A stretch of DNA of 64,000 nucleotides from Gemmatimonadota bacterium (lineage in GTDB: Bacteria; Latescibacterota; UBA2968; UBA8231): positions 1 through 64,000 of the forward strand of contig JAYOYH010000005.1 of assembly GCA_038153405.1 (NCBI GenBank), in the 5' to 3' direction. The translations under genes were made by a program, and so were the position numbers. Below the pieces are notes generated by a model, which did not search any database, was not told where the DNA came from, and saw only the letters and a program-made list of their open reading frames with translations. Below are positions 39,880 through 48,628 of the stretch, in pieces. Position 1 is the first letter of the stretch, and the number at the start of each line of letters is the position of its first letter.

Positions 39880-40632
39880 ATGTCCGAGTGGAAAAATTAC
39901 GAGGAGCTACGCCCCGACCAGTTAGAAGCGCTCTTTGCCAAATCGCCTGTCGCCTACTGGCCGCTGGGCCTTCTCGAGCACCATGGCTGGCACCTGCCCG
40001 TCGGTTTTGACGGCATCAAGGCACGCCGCACCTGCGAGCGCATCGCCGCGCGCACCGGCGGCGTACTGCTGCCGACTATGTGGTGGGGCGGCGGCGGCGG
40101 CCACGACGTCTTCAAATGGAGCCACTACCAGCCACCAGAGGCCATCTCCGCTATACTCGACACCACGGCGCGCCAATTACTCGACTTTGGCGTGCGCGCG
40201 CTGGTGCTGCTGGCCGGCCACTATCCCTGGCAGTCGTTCTTAGATGCCACCGCACCTGCGCTGCGCGCCGATTACCCCGATGCGCTCGTGTTAGCCGGTA
40301 CCGAAGTCAGCATCTGCGGCGATGCGCTCCAGCTCAAAGGCGACCACGCCGCCAAGGAAGAGACGTCGTTGGGGCTGGCGCTCTTCCCCGAGTTGGTCGA
40401 TCTCGGTGCCCTGCAAGAGGGCCACCACGCCGATGTCTGGCCACCGGCCGGGCCACCGCCAGCCGACAAGCGCCACCCGCGCGTAAACTTTGACCCTGCC
40501 CACCCGCTCTTTGCGCAAATGGGCGATGACGCGCGCGAGGCAACTGCTGCCCACGGCGAGCAGGGGCTGGCCCAGATCGTCGACCACTTAGCCAAGGCCA
40601 TCGACGACTTTCTTCAAGAGGAACGGCCATGA
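39880..40632 (+). CDS. Creatininase family amidohydrolase
   Basis: PLG.LEHHG.HLP.GFD, GH, DHAA.EETS. Confidence 0.87.
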   Translation: MSEWKNYEELRPDQLEALFAKSPVAYWPLGLLEHHGWHLPVGFDGIKARRTCERIAARTGGVLLPTMWWGGGGGHDVFKWSHYQPPEAISAILDTTARQLLDFGVRALVLLAGHYPWQSFLDATAPALRADYPDALVLAGTEVSICGDALQLKGDHAAKEETSLGLALFPELVDLGALQEGHHADVWPPAGPPPADKRHPRVNFDPAHPLFAQMGDDAREATAAHGEQGLAQIVDHLAKAIDDFLQEERP

Positions 40633-42404
40633 TCGATCCACGCCCCGAACATCCGCGTCCGCAGTTCCAGCGCCAGCAGTGGATCAACCTCAACGGCGAG
40701 TGGAATTTTCGCATCGACCACGGCGATTCGGGACGCCATGCCCTGTGGCACGAACATCCGTCCGCGCTTACGGGTAAGATCAACGTCCCGTTCTGTCCGG
40801 AGAGCCGCCTTTCGGGTATCGGCCACACCGACTTTATGCCCGCCGTATGGTACCATCGCGCCATCGAAGTGCCCGCCGAGTGGTCCGATCAGCGCGTGCG
40901 CCTGCACTTTGGCGCCGTAGACTACGAGTGCCGCGCCTGGCTCAACGGCGTCGAAGTGGGCGTTCACTACGGCACGTCTTCGTCATTTCACTTCGATATC
41001 ACCGACGCGCTGTGCCCGGATGGTCCCAACGATCTTGTTGTGCAGGCTCGCGACGACGTGCGCTCGGGACTGCAGCCGGCCGGCAAGCAGAGTGCGCAGC
41101 TCCATTCGCACGGCTGTCACTACACGCGCACGACGGGCATCTGGCAAACGGTGTGGTTAGAAGCCGTTCCCGCGGCGCACATCGAGTCGGTGCGCATCGT
41201 CCCCGACCTAGATGGGCAGCGCTTCGTGCTCACGCCCACGCTCAACTGCACCGCGCGCGGCCAGCGTTTTTGCGCGGTGCTGCTCGATGGCGACAGCCCT
41301 CTACACAGCGCCTCCATGCCGGCGCTCAGCGGCGCATCACTGGTACTCGATGTGCCGCAGGTGCGTCCGTGGAGCCCCGCCAATCCCCACCTATACACTC
41401 TTCGCTTTGAGCTCGTCGACGGCGATACCGTACTCGATTCAGTGCAGTCCTATGCCGGCCTGCGCAAGTTTCACATCGAAGGCAATGCCTTTTACCTAAA
41501 CAACCAGCCCATTTTCCTGCGCTTTGTGCTCGATCAAGGCTTCTATCCAGACGGGCTGTGGACCGCGCCCTCGGACGGCGAACTCAAGGCCGATATCGAA
41601 CGCGCTATGGCCGTCGGCTTTAACGGCGCACGCCTGCATCAGAAGGTCTTTGAAGAGCGCTTCCACTACTGGGCAGACCGCCTCGGCTACCTGACCTGGG
41701 GCGAGTTTTCCGACTGGGGCCTCGACGTTGGCCAGCCACAGGCGCTGGCCAACCAGCAGCGCGAATGGCGCGAAATCGTCCTGCGCGACCTCAACCACCC
41801 ATCGATCGTCGCCTGGACCCCTTTCAACGAGACCATTGGCCCCGCCCGCAGCCATCGCGAAGCCCACCGCCGCGCCCTCGAAAGCACCTACGACTTAACG
41901 CGTGCGCTCGATCCGAGCCGCCCCGTGCACGACGCCAGCGGCTACGTGCATGTCAAGACCGATATATTCACCGTGCACGATTACGAGCAGGATCCGGATA
42001 CATTCCGCCAAACCTATCGCTCAGTGCATCCGGACAGACCGGCAGAAGCGCGCGTCTGCTTCCCCGAGCTCTCCATAGCCTACCAAGGTCAGCCCTATAT
42101 GGTCGACGAGTACGGCGGCACCTGGTGGGTCGAATCCAGCGCGCGTGACGGAGCCAATAGCGATGCCGGCTGGGGCTATGGCAACCGACCGCAGAGCATC
42201 GAAGAGGTTTACGATCGCATTGAAAAACTAACCCGTGCGCTGACCTCTCACCCTCACATAGCCGGGTTTACCTATACGCAATTGACGGATATCGAGCAGG
42301 AGCAAAACGGGATCTACACATATGAGCGAACGCTGAAGTTTGACGCCGAGCGCCTGCGCGGCGCCTTTGGCGCTCCGTCAGCCATCGAAGGGGGAACGAA
42401 ATGA
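40629..42404 (+). CDS. Glycoside hydrolase family 2
   Basis: PRPQFQR..W.NLNG.W, LHFGAVDY, GIWQTVWLE, LDQGFYPDG, HPSIVAW..FNE, DEYGG, YTQLTD.EQE.NG. Confidence 0.92.
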   Translation: MIDPRPEHPRPQFQRQQWINLNGEWNFRIDHGDSGRHALWHEHPSALTGKINVPFCPESRLSGIGHTDFMPAVWYHRAIEVPAEWSDQRVRLHFGAVDYECRAWLNGVEVGVHYGTSSSFHFDITDALCPDGPNDLVVQARDDVRSGLQPAGKQSAQLHSHGCHYTRTTGIWQTVWLEAVPAAHIESVRIVPDLDGQRFVLTPTLNCTARGQRFCAVLLDGDSPLHSASMPALSGASLVLDVPQVRPWSPANPHLYTLRFELVDGDTVLDSVQSYAGLRKFHIEGNAFYLNNQPIFLRFVLDQGFYPDGLWTAPSDGELKADIERAMAVGFNGARLHQKVFEERFHYWADRLGYLTWGEFSDWGLDVGQPQALANQQREWREIVLRDLNHPSIVAWTPFNETIGPARSHREAHRRALESTYDLTRALDPSRPVHDASGYVHVKTDIFTVHDYEQDPDTFRQTYRSVHPDRPAEARVCFPELSIAYQGQPYMVDEYGGTWWVESSARDGANSDAGWGYGNRPQSIEEVYDRIEKLTRALTSHPHIAGFTYTQLTDIEQEQNGIYTYERTLKFDAERLRGAFGAPSAIEGGTK

Positions 42405-43303
42405 GCGATTTCCAATCGATCTGCGTGGTTGGAGCCGGCTTTCTCGGCACGCAAATTGGCCTTCAGTGCGCCGCACACGGATACCAGACGCGGCTCGTCG
42501 AGCCATCTCCCCAAGCGCGCATCCAGTCGCAGCAGGTGGTGGCAACAGAGCTGAAGCGGCGCATTGACAGCGGCCAGCACGATACCGCTGAAGGCGACGC
42601 CGTGCTGGCGCGCATGACCTATTCCGAGGAACTGGAGCAGGGCGTGGCCGGCGCCGGCCTAATCATCGAAGCCATTCCCGAACGCCTCGAACTCAAGCGC
42701 CAGCTCTTTGCCCAACTCGACGCACTAACGCCCCCCGAAACCATCTTGGCCACCAACAGCTCGTCAATTAAGATATCGGCCATCGAAAGCGCTACCCAGC
42801 GCCTCGACAAAGTGCTAAACATGCACTTTTACGGCCTTATTTGGCAGCGCCCTATGGTCGAGTTAATGCGCGGCAGTGCCACCTCCGAAGAGACAATCGA
42901 GGCGGTCTATCGCTGTGCTCAGCGCATCGGCGTAACGCCCCTGGTCGTCGACAGAGAAAGCACCGGCTTTATCTTTAACCGCGTCTGGCGCGCCATCAAA
43001 CGCGAAACCTTGCACCTTGTAAACGAAGGCGTGACCTCGCACGAAAACGTCGACCGCGCCTGGATGATCTTCACGGGCATGAAGATGGGCCCTTTTGCCC
43101 TGATGGATCGCGTGGGGCTGGACGTCATATGCGACATCGAAAACGTCTACTACCGCGAATCGGGACTGGAGCGAGACGCCCCGCCACCCATCCTGACCGA
43201 CCGCGTTGCGCGCGGCGAGTTGGGCTGCAAGACGGGCAAGGGATTTTACACCTATCCCAATCCAGCTTTTGAGGATCCCCAGTGGCTCAGGGGAGACGCG
43301 TAA
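42401..43303 (+). CDS. 3-hydroxyacyl-CoA dehydrogenase family protein
   Basis: VVGAGFLG, EAIPE, TNSSS, MHF, GFIFNR, GPF..MD.VGLD, LG.KTGKGFY. Confidence 0.88.
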   Translation: MSDFQSICVVGAGFLGTQIGLQCAAHGYQTRLVEPSPQARIQSQQVVATELKRRIDSGQHDTAEGDAVLARMTYSEELEQGVAGAGLIIEAIPERLELKRQLFAQLDALTPPETILATNSSSIKISAIESATQRLDKVLNMHFYGLIWQRPMVELMRGSATSEETIEAVYRCAQRIGVTPLVVDRESTGFIFNRVWRAIKRETLHLVNEGVTSHENVDRAWMIFTGMKMGPFALMDRVGLDVICDIENVYYRESGLERDAPPPILTDRVARGELGCKTGKGFYTYPNPAFEDPQWLRGDA

Positions 43304-43457
43304 ACGGTACAGGCCCTCACCGCCCTATCTATCGCTCCTGAAAAGCCTACGGGGCGATATGGCGTCAGAAGCACTTCGAACAAAGAGCAAAAAATAATTT
43401 AACCGTGGAAAAATATGCCCTTGATTTTTTTTCGCATATTACTCACATTTCCACTCA

Positions 43458-43560
43458 GTCTTCGTTTCGAAAAGGCAAACTACGCGAAATCGTAGGACGC
43501 GAAGGAACGGGTCCTCATCTGGCCTCTGAGCCACCTAAGGACAGCCGCACTGTCGAAGGC
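43458..43560 (+). ncRNA. c-di-GMP-I (GEMM-I)-fold riboswitch aptamer, variant
   Basis: TTCG-AAAAGGCAAAC-TACGC-GAAA-TCGTAG-GACGC-GAAG...CGG-GTCCT...AGGAC-AG-CCG...TGTCGAA: P1, P2 with GAAA loop, P3 with AG bulge; upstream of fliG. Confidence 0.85.
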
Positions 43561-43609
43561 CCTAGTTCAGTGCGGTCTATTTAGATCACTCCTTCGCGCG
43601 AGCAGCAAA

Positions 43610-43645
43610 GGCCGCACTGGTATATTTTACTCGTGCGGTTTTTTT
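43610..43645 (+). terminator. Intrinsic terminator of the riboswitch expression platform
   Basis: GGCCGCAC (43610-17) / GTGCGGTT (43633-40) followed by TTTTT, just before the fliG ATG. Confidence 0.7.
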
Positions 43646-43652
43646 GTTGCCG

Positions 43653-44678
43653 ATGGCCTCCGATACAGCAGAAGTTAGCGAAGAACCCGAGATTCCCCTG
43701 CGCCAGCGCGTAGCCATTGTCATGGTTGCACTCGGCTCTGACGTGGCCGGGGAGGTAATGAAACACCTCTCCGATTACGAAGTCGAGGAAATAACCCAGT
43801 CTATAGCGGCTCTCAAGAGCGTTTCCGTCGAGGTGATGGACCGCGTTCTCGAGGATTTTGAACAGCACCTGCTGGCCGGCGAGTGGATCAGCCAAGGCGG
43901 TATCGACTTTGCGCGCAGCGCCCTCGAGCGCGCGATTGGCCCGCGCAAGGCCCAGGAAATAATCGACCGCATCAGCAGCCGCGTGTCCTCTGGGTTCTAC
44001 ATGCTGCGCAACGTCTCGGCCGAACAAATTGCCCCTTTTATAAGCCACGAACACCCGCAGACCATCGCCCTCATTCTGTCGCAGTTGGACTCTGCTCAAG
44101 CTTCGGGCATCCTCTCTCAGCTTCCCGAGCGCCTGCAGGCCGGCGTGGCCTACCGCATAGCCACGATGGAAAACATTACGCCCGCCGTCCTTAAGCAGAT
44201 CGAAGAAAGCTTGGAGACATCGCTGCGCGACGTGCTGGGCGGCAATCAGGACGTCGGCGGTCCCCGCGTCATAGCCGATATACTCAACCTGACTGGTTCC
44301 TCTGTCGAAAAAAACGTCCTCGATCAGATGGACGCCATGGACCCCGAAGTGGCAGAATCGGTGCGCAACTTGATGTTCGTCTTCGCCGACATCGTAAAGT
44401 TGACCGATCGAGAAATCCAGACGCTAATGCGCGAAGTAGATCAAAAGGACCTAGTTGTCGCGCTCAAGACGGCCAGCGAAGAGCTCAAGACCAAGATCCT
44501 CGGCAATATGTCCGAGCGCGTGCGAACCTATATCACCGAGGAGATGGATTTCCTCGGACCCATGCGCGTATCCGAAGTAGAAGAAGTCCAGCTGCGCATC
44601 GTGCAGCAGGTCCGCCAGTTGGAGGAGCAGGGACAAATTACCGTTGTCCGCGGCGACTCCGACGATCAATTCGTTTAA
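43653..44678 (+). CDS. fliG: Flagellar motor switch protein FliG homologue (solitary)
   Basis: GGIDFAR..L..A.G, EHPQTIALILS, VGG, MFVF.D, NMSER, GP.R.SEVE.VQ..IV..VR.LEE.G.I. Confidence 0.93.
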   Translation: MASDTAEVSEEPEIPLRQRVAIVMVALGSDVAGEVMKHLSDYEVEEITQSIAALKSVSVEVMDRVLEDFEQHLLAGEWISQGGIDFARSALERAIGPRKAQEIIDRISSRVSSGFYMLRNVSAEQIAPFISHEHPQTIALILSQLDSAQASGILSQLPERLQAGVAYRIATMENITPAVLKQIEESLETSLRDVLGGNQDVGGPRVIADILNLTGSSVEKNVLDQMDAMDPEVAESVRNLMFVFADIVKLTDREIQTLMREVDQKDLVVALKTASEELKTKILGNMSERVRTYITEEMDFLGPMRVSEVEEVQLRIVQQVRQLEEQGQITVVRGDSDDQFV

Positions 44679-44773
44679 CCCCAGCAAAGGACGTCCTATG
44701 TATAGTCATGGCGCAAACCAATGCAAATCCACACTTCAACTTTTCTACCTTGCCTACGGAGGTCGTTAGCTAG

Positions 44774-46048
44774 ATGATCGAACCCCGCTCGCCCAAGCTG
44801 CTCTTCGTCCATAGCGGTTCCCCGAAGAAGCGCCTGACCTTTGTCGCCGCCAACCAACTCGGTGCCCAGGTCCACTTATTGAACCCAGAAACCAACTGGG
44901 CCTCTTCTCTCGTCCAACAAACGCACTCCACAGCCGGACTCAGCATTCCCGAAGTCGTCGCGCTCGCCGAAGACGTCCACCGTCGCGAACAGTTCGACGG
45001 CGTCGTGACCTTCTGGGAAGAAGACGTGCCGACCTGTGCGCTGATTAGCGCCCGTCTCGGCCTCCCCGGCAATGCACCGCAGGCCGCTCTGGCCGCGCGC
45101 AGCAAGTACCGCATGCGGAAAGCCTTTCAGTTGGCCGGTTTGCCGGTGCCCAAATTCCGCCGTTTTTTCGATCGCACCTCGCTGCTCGAAGCCTGCGCCG
45201 CCGTCGGCACTCCAGCCGTACTCAAACCGGAATGGGGTTCCGATAGCGAATGGGTGCTGCGCGTCGAAACGCCACAGCAAGCCCTCGAGACCTTTGAATC
45301 CATTCGCAATGAAGTGCGCATTCAAGACTGCATTTACCGCTACCGGAGCGGAACCTACGTGCTCGAAAGTCTGCTGGTCGGACCGGAAGTCAGCGTCGAA
45401 GGCGTCGTGCAAAACGGACGGGTAACCATCTATGCCATCATCGATAAGGCCAAGATGGACGATGACAGCTTTGTCGAGCGCGGCGAAACCACCCCATCGC
45501 TCTTTCCCGAAGACGTGCAGGAGCGGATTCGCACCATGGTCTGCAACGGCGTTGCCGCGCTTGAATTGGACAATTGTGGCATCCACGCGGAGATAAAAAT
45601 CACCGCCGACGGACCGCGCATTATCGAAATTGGTGCGCGCATGGGCGGCGACTGCATTCACGCGCTCGTGCTGCGCGTCTACGGCATTGATCTGGCGGTG
45701 GAAAATATACGCGCCGCACTCGGACAGCCGGTCAGTCCGGCTACGCCCGCACTCGGCTACGGCATCTCGCGCACGCTCGTTCCGGAAAAACCGGGGCTCG
45801 TGCGCCTCGAGCACAGAGGCAAACCGCGCGCCAGTCGCAATCTGATCGAAGTGGTGCTCACCAAGGGGCCCGGCGACTGCGTGGCCGTGCCGCCGCACGG
45901 CTACGACAATCTAGCTTGGATCAGCGTATGGGGGCGCAGTTACCGCGAGGCTAGTCGCCGCATAGACGCGCAAGCTGCTCGTCTGCAAAGCGCGTTTACC
46001 ATTGAGGACCAGAAGCAGACGCTCTACCACACCGAGGCCGCCGGATGA
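44774..46048 (+). CDS. ATP-grasp ligase 1 (L-amino acid ligase-like)
   Basis: LGLPGN, RSKY.MR, VLKPEWGSDSEWV, GPEVSVEG, IHAEIK, IEIGARMGGD. Confidence 0.85.
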   Translation: MIEPRSPKLLFVHSGSPKKRLTFVAANQLGAQVHLLNPETNWASSLVQQTHSTAGLSIPEVVALAEDVHRREQFDGVVTFWEEDVPTCALISARLGLPGNAPQAALAARSKYRMRKAFQLAGLPVPKFRRFFDRTSLLEACAAVGTPAVLKPEWGSDSEWVLRVETPQQALETFESIRNEVRIQDCIYRYRSGTYVLESLLVGPEVSVEGVVQNGRVTIYAIIDKAKMDDDSFVERGETTPSLFPEDVQERIRTMVCNGVAALELDNCGIHAEIKITADGPRIIEIGARMGGDCIHALVLRVYGIDLAVENIRAALGQPVSPATPALGYGISRTLVPEKPGLVRLEHRGKPRASRNLIEVVLTKGPGDCVAVPPHGYDNLAWISVWGRSYREASRRIDAQAARLQSAFTIEDQKQTLYHTEAAG

Positions 46049-47364
46049 AGCACCTACTCTTCGTGCACACGGCGGGTGATGCGCAGCCCTATGTAGAGCG
46101 CCTGCGCGCATTGGGCTTTCGCGCCAGTCTCATAAAGCGGTGCCCAAGTGCGGGTGATAGAGCCTGTTTCGATGCGACATTTGACATCGACTACCAAGAA
46201 GATATGGGGGCAGCGCTGGCCTGTGCAGTGGACCTGCACCAGCGCGACCCCATTGACGGCGTGCTCAGCTTTTCGGAAAGCGGCGTGCTCGGAGCCAGCT
46301 TTATCGCCGAACACCTCGGCCTGCCAGCCAATGCTCCGAAAGCCGCGCTGCGCGCGCGCAACAAATACCTCATGCGCAAAGCGCTGCGCGACGCCGGGCT
46401 GCCAACGCCTGAGTTCCATCTGGTCGACAGCGCGCAGCAGGCTCTCTCCATACTGCAAGAGCGCGACCGCCCGATGGTGCTCAAGCCCATCAGCGGCTCA
46501 TCCAGCTACGGCGTCGTACGCCTGATGCCGGAGGACGCGTTGGAAACCATCGCCGCCCACTTTGACTCGGTGCGCACCTATATTGGCACCTACCGCGAGG
46601 AAAATCCCCAGTATCCGTTCGAGTTTTGGCTGCCCGAAGCTGGGCGCGGCATTGACCAGGCCGACGTATTCGACCCGCGAGTGCACCTGCTGCTGGAGGG
46701 TTTTATTCCCGGGCAGCAGGTGAGCGTAGACGGCATTGTCAGCGAGGGGGAAGTGAGCTGCTTTGGCGTTATCGAAATCGAGCGCATCAAAGACGAGGAC
46801 TACTTTCTCGAATACGAAGAATGGATGCCGACGCACCTCGGCACGGCGCGCGAAGAGGCCATCCAAGATGCCACCGCCAGCGCCGTGCGAGCACTGGGTC
46901 TGCGCAACAGTTGTTTTCACTGCGAACTAAAAATCGACGGCGACGACATCTGCGTGCTCGAAATTGCGGCGCGGCGCGGCGCCGACAATATTGCCGATTT
47001 CCTGCACTCGCTGCACGGCATTGATATCTACGCAGAAGGGGCGCACATTGCCAGTGGACAGCATAGGCACTACCCGCGTCGGCATCCGCACGGAGCGATG
47101 AAAATGCGCTACTTTCTACCGGATAAGTCGGGCGTCATTGCCCGCATCGATGGGATCGAGGACGTCCAAAGTGACCCGCGCCTGAGCGAGTTGTGCCTCG
47201 ATTTCTCTGTCGGTGAACGCGTATTAACTCCTCCTGACGGCTTTGAGTTCTTAGGCTATATGAGCGTGTGCGCCACCGACCTTTCCGGTGCAGACGCCGC
47301 GTTAGAGTCGCTGTACCCGCGCGTCGTATTTCATATCGACACCGATTCAATCCTATCATCCTAA
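46045..47364 (+). CDS. ATP-grasp ligase 2 (L-amino acid ligase-like)
   Basis: LGLPAN, RNKYLMR, VLKPISGSSSYGV, EGFIPG, FHCELK, LEIAARRGAD. Confidence 0.85.
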   Translation: MKHLLFVHTAGDAQPYVERLRALGFRASLIKRCPSAGDRACFDATFDIDYQEDMGAALACAVDLHQRDPIDGVLSFSESGVLGASFIAEHLGLPANAPKAALRARNKYLMRKALRDAGLPTPEFHLVDSAQQALSILQERDRPMVLKPISGSSSYGVVRLMPEDALETIAAHFDSVRTYIGTYREENPQYPFEFWLPEAGRGIDQADVFDPRVHLLLEGFIPGQQVSVDGIVSEGEVSCFGVIEIERIKDEDYFLEYEEWMPTHLGTAREEAIQDATASAVRALGLRNSCFHCELKIDGDDICVLEIAARRGADNIADFLHSLHGIDIYAEGAHIASGQHRHYPRRHPHGAMKMRYFLPDKSGVIARIDGIEDVQSDPRLSELCLDFSVGERVLTPPDGFEFLGYMSVCATDLSGADAALESLYPRVVFHIDTDSILSS

Positions 47365-47365
47365 A

Positions 47366-48628
47366 ATGGCCCATTTAAACGATCCATTGCTGGTGGTACA
47401 CCCAAGTCTGGACTATGCCAGAAGAGTGTGTAGCCACTTTCCCAACACCGTATTCATCGCGTTGCCCGCCCGTGCCAAAGAGCTGCGCATGGCGGGTTTC
47501 CGCGCGCTGGCCGCCGATCTGAACAACGGGCGTGCGGCACTGCGCAGCGCCGCCGACTACGCTCTGGCACAGCGCTTTCGCTACGCGGGTATCGCCTGCT
47601 TTGTCTGCGAATACCTGCCGCTAACCGCATTCGTCGCAGCCGGATTGGGCCTGCCACACGTCGAGGTGCAGACGGCCACACTCCTGCGCGACAAAGCGCG
47701 AAGCGGCGCGCGTTGGGCCCGTGCCGGCATACCCGTGCCCAACGCCCAACTCATCGACGACCTGAGCGAGTTAGAGGCCTTTGCATCGACCTGTCCGCCG
47801 CCTTGGATAGTAAAGCCTATAGACGCGACGGGCAGCGAATGGGTCTTGCGCATAGACGACCCGAGTCAGCTAGCCGAGGCCCACACGCGCCTTCAGCACG
47901 GCCTGCAGGGGTTACACCCTAGCGATCCGGCACCAGCCTATATAGCCCAGCGATTTATTCAGGGCCGCGAATTTGGCGTCGACTTTTTTATCGAAGGACA
48001 GCGCTTGCGCATTTTGCGCCTGTGCGAAAAGTTTCTCGTCGAAACGCCCGCACAGGCAGGCGTCGTTGGCGGCTATTACTTTCCACACCTACCACAGCGC
48101 CTGCGCCGTCAGTTGCAGGATACCCTGCGCCAGGCCGCGCGCGCGGTGGGGATGGCGCGCGGCATCGGCATGGCTGATCTCATCCTCTCTAACGATGTAT
48201 TTTACCTGCTGGAGATGGCGCCCCGTCCGGGCGGGGACTGCCTGCCCGACCTGTGCCGCGCCACCCTCAACTACGACCCCATACGCGCCGCCTGTGAAGC
48301 GGCTATCGGCGAGACTCCGCGCGCCGTTCACTGGCCTCATCCACTGCGCCCGCTGTGTGCGCTCCACCTGATGAGCGATCGCGAGGGGACCATACAGCAG
48401 ATCGACTTTTCTGCCCTGCGCGCCCACAGCAGCTTCTACAAATTCATCGAGGCCTACTGCGAACCAGGCGACGCCCTGCGCCAATGGGCTGGCAGCTACG
48501 AAGACCGCATTGTCGCTTCCTGCCTAGCCGATTGCCCCGATCCGAGCAGCCTGGCATCGCTGTGGAAAGAGCTGTCAGATGCCGTCCATATCACTTTTGC
48601 TAACAAACTGGAAACGGACCCATTATGA
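47366..48628 (+). CDS. ATP-grasp ligase 3 (divergent)
   Basis: LGLP, LRDK, IVKPIDATGSEWV, QRFIQGREF, LEMAPRPGGD. Confidence 0.8.
   Translation: MAHLNDPLLVVHPSLDYARRVCSHFPNTVFIALPARAKELRMAGFRALAADLNNGRAALRSAADYALAQRFRYAGIACFVCEYLPLTAFVAAGLGLPHVEVQTATLLRDKARSGARWARAGIPVPNAQLIDDLSELEAFASTCPPPWIVKPIDATGSEWVLRIDDPSQLAEAHTRLQHGLQGLHPSDPAPAYIAQRFIQGREFGVDFFIEGQRLRILRLCEKFLVETPAQAGVVGGYYFPHLPQRLRRQLQDTLRQAARAVGMARGIGMADLILSNDVFYLLEMAPRPGGDCLPDLCRATLNYDPIRAACEAAIGETPRAVHWPHPLRPLCALHLMSDREGTIQQIDFSALRAHSSFYKFIEAYCEPGDALRQWAGSYEDRIVASCLADCPDPSSLASLWKELSDAVHITFANKLETDPL

Noticed and set aside
43421..43449. Promoter TTGATT-N17-CACATT upstream of the riboswitch
   Set aside because: Position is plausible but the -10 match is too weak to list as a feature.
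44774..48628. ATP-grasp genes as housekeeping enzymes (Ddl, PurD, AccC, RimK, CarB)
   Set aside because: They lack those families' signatures (e.g. ExNxxPG, EMNTR) and occur as a coupled triplet with a decarboxylase.
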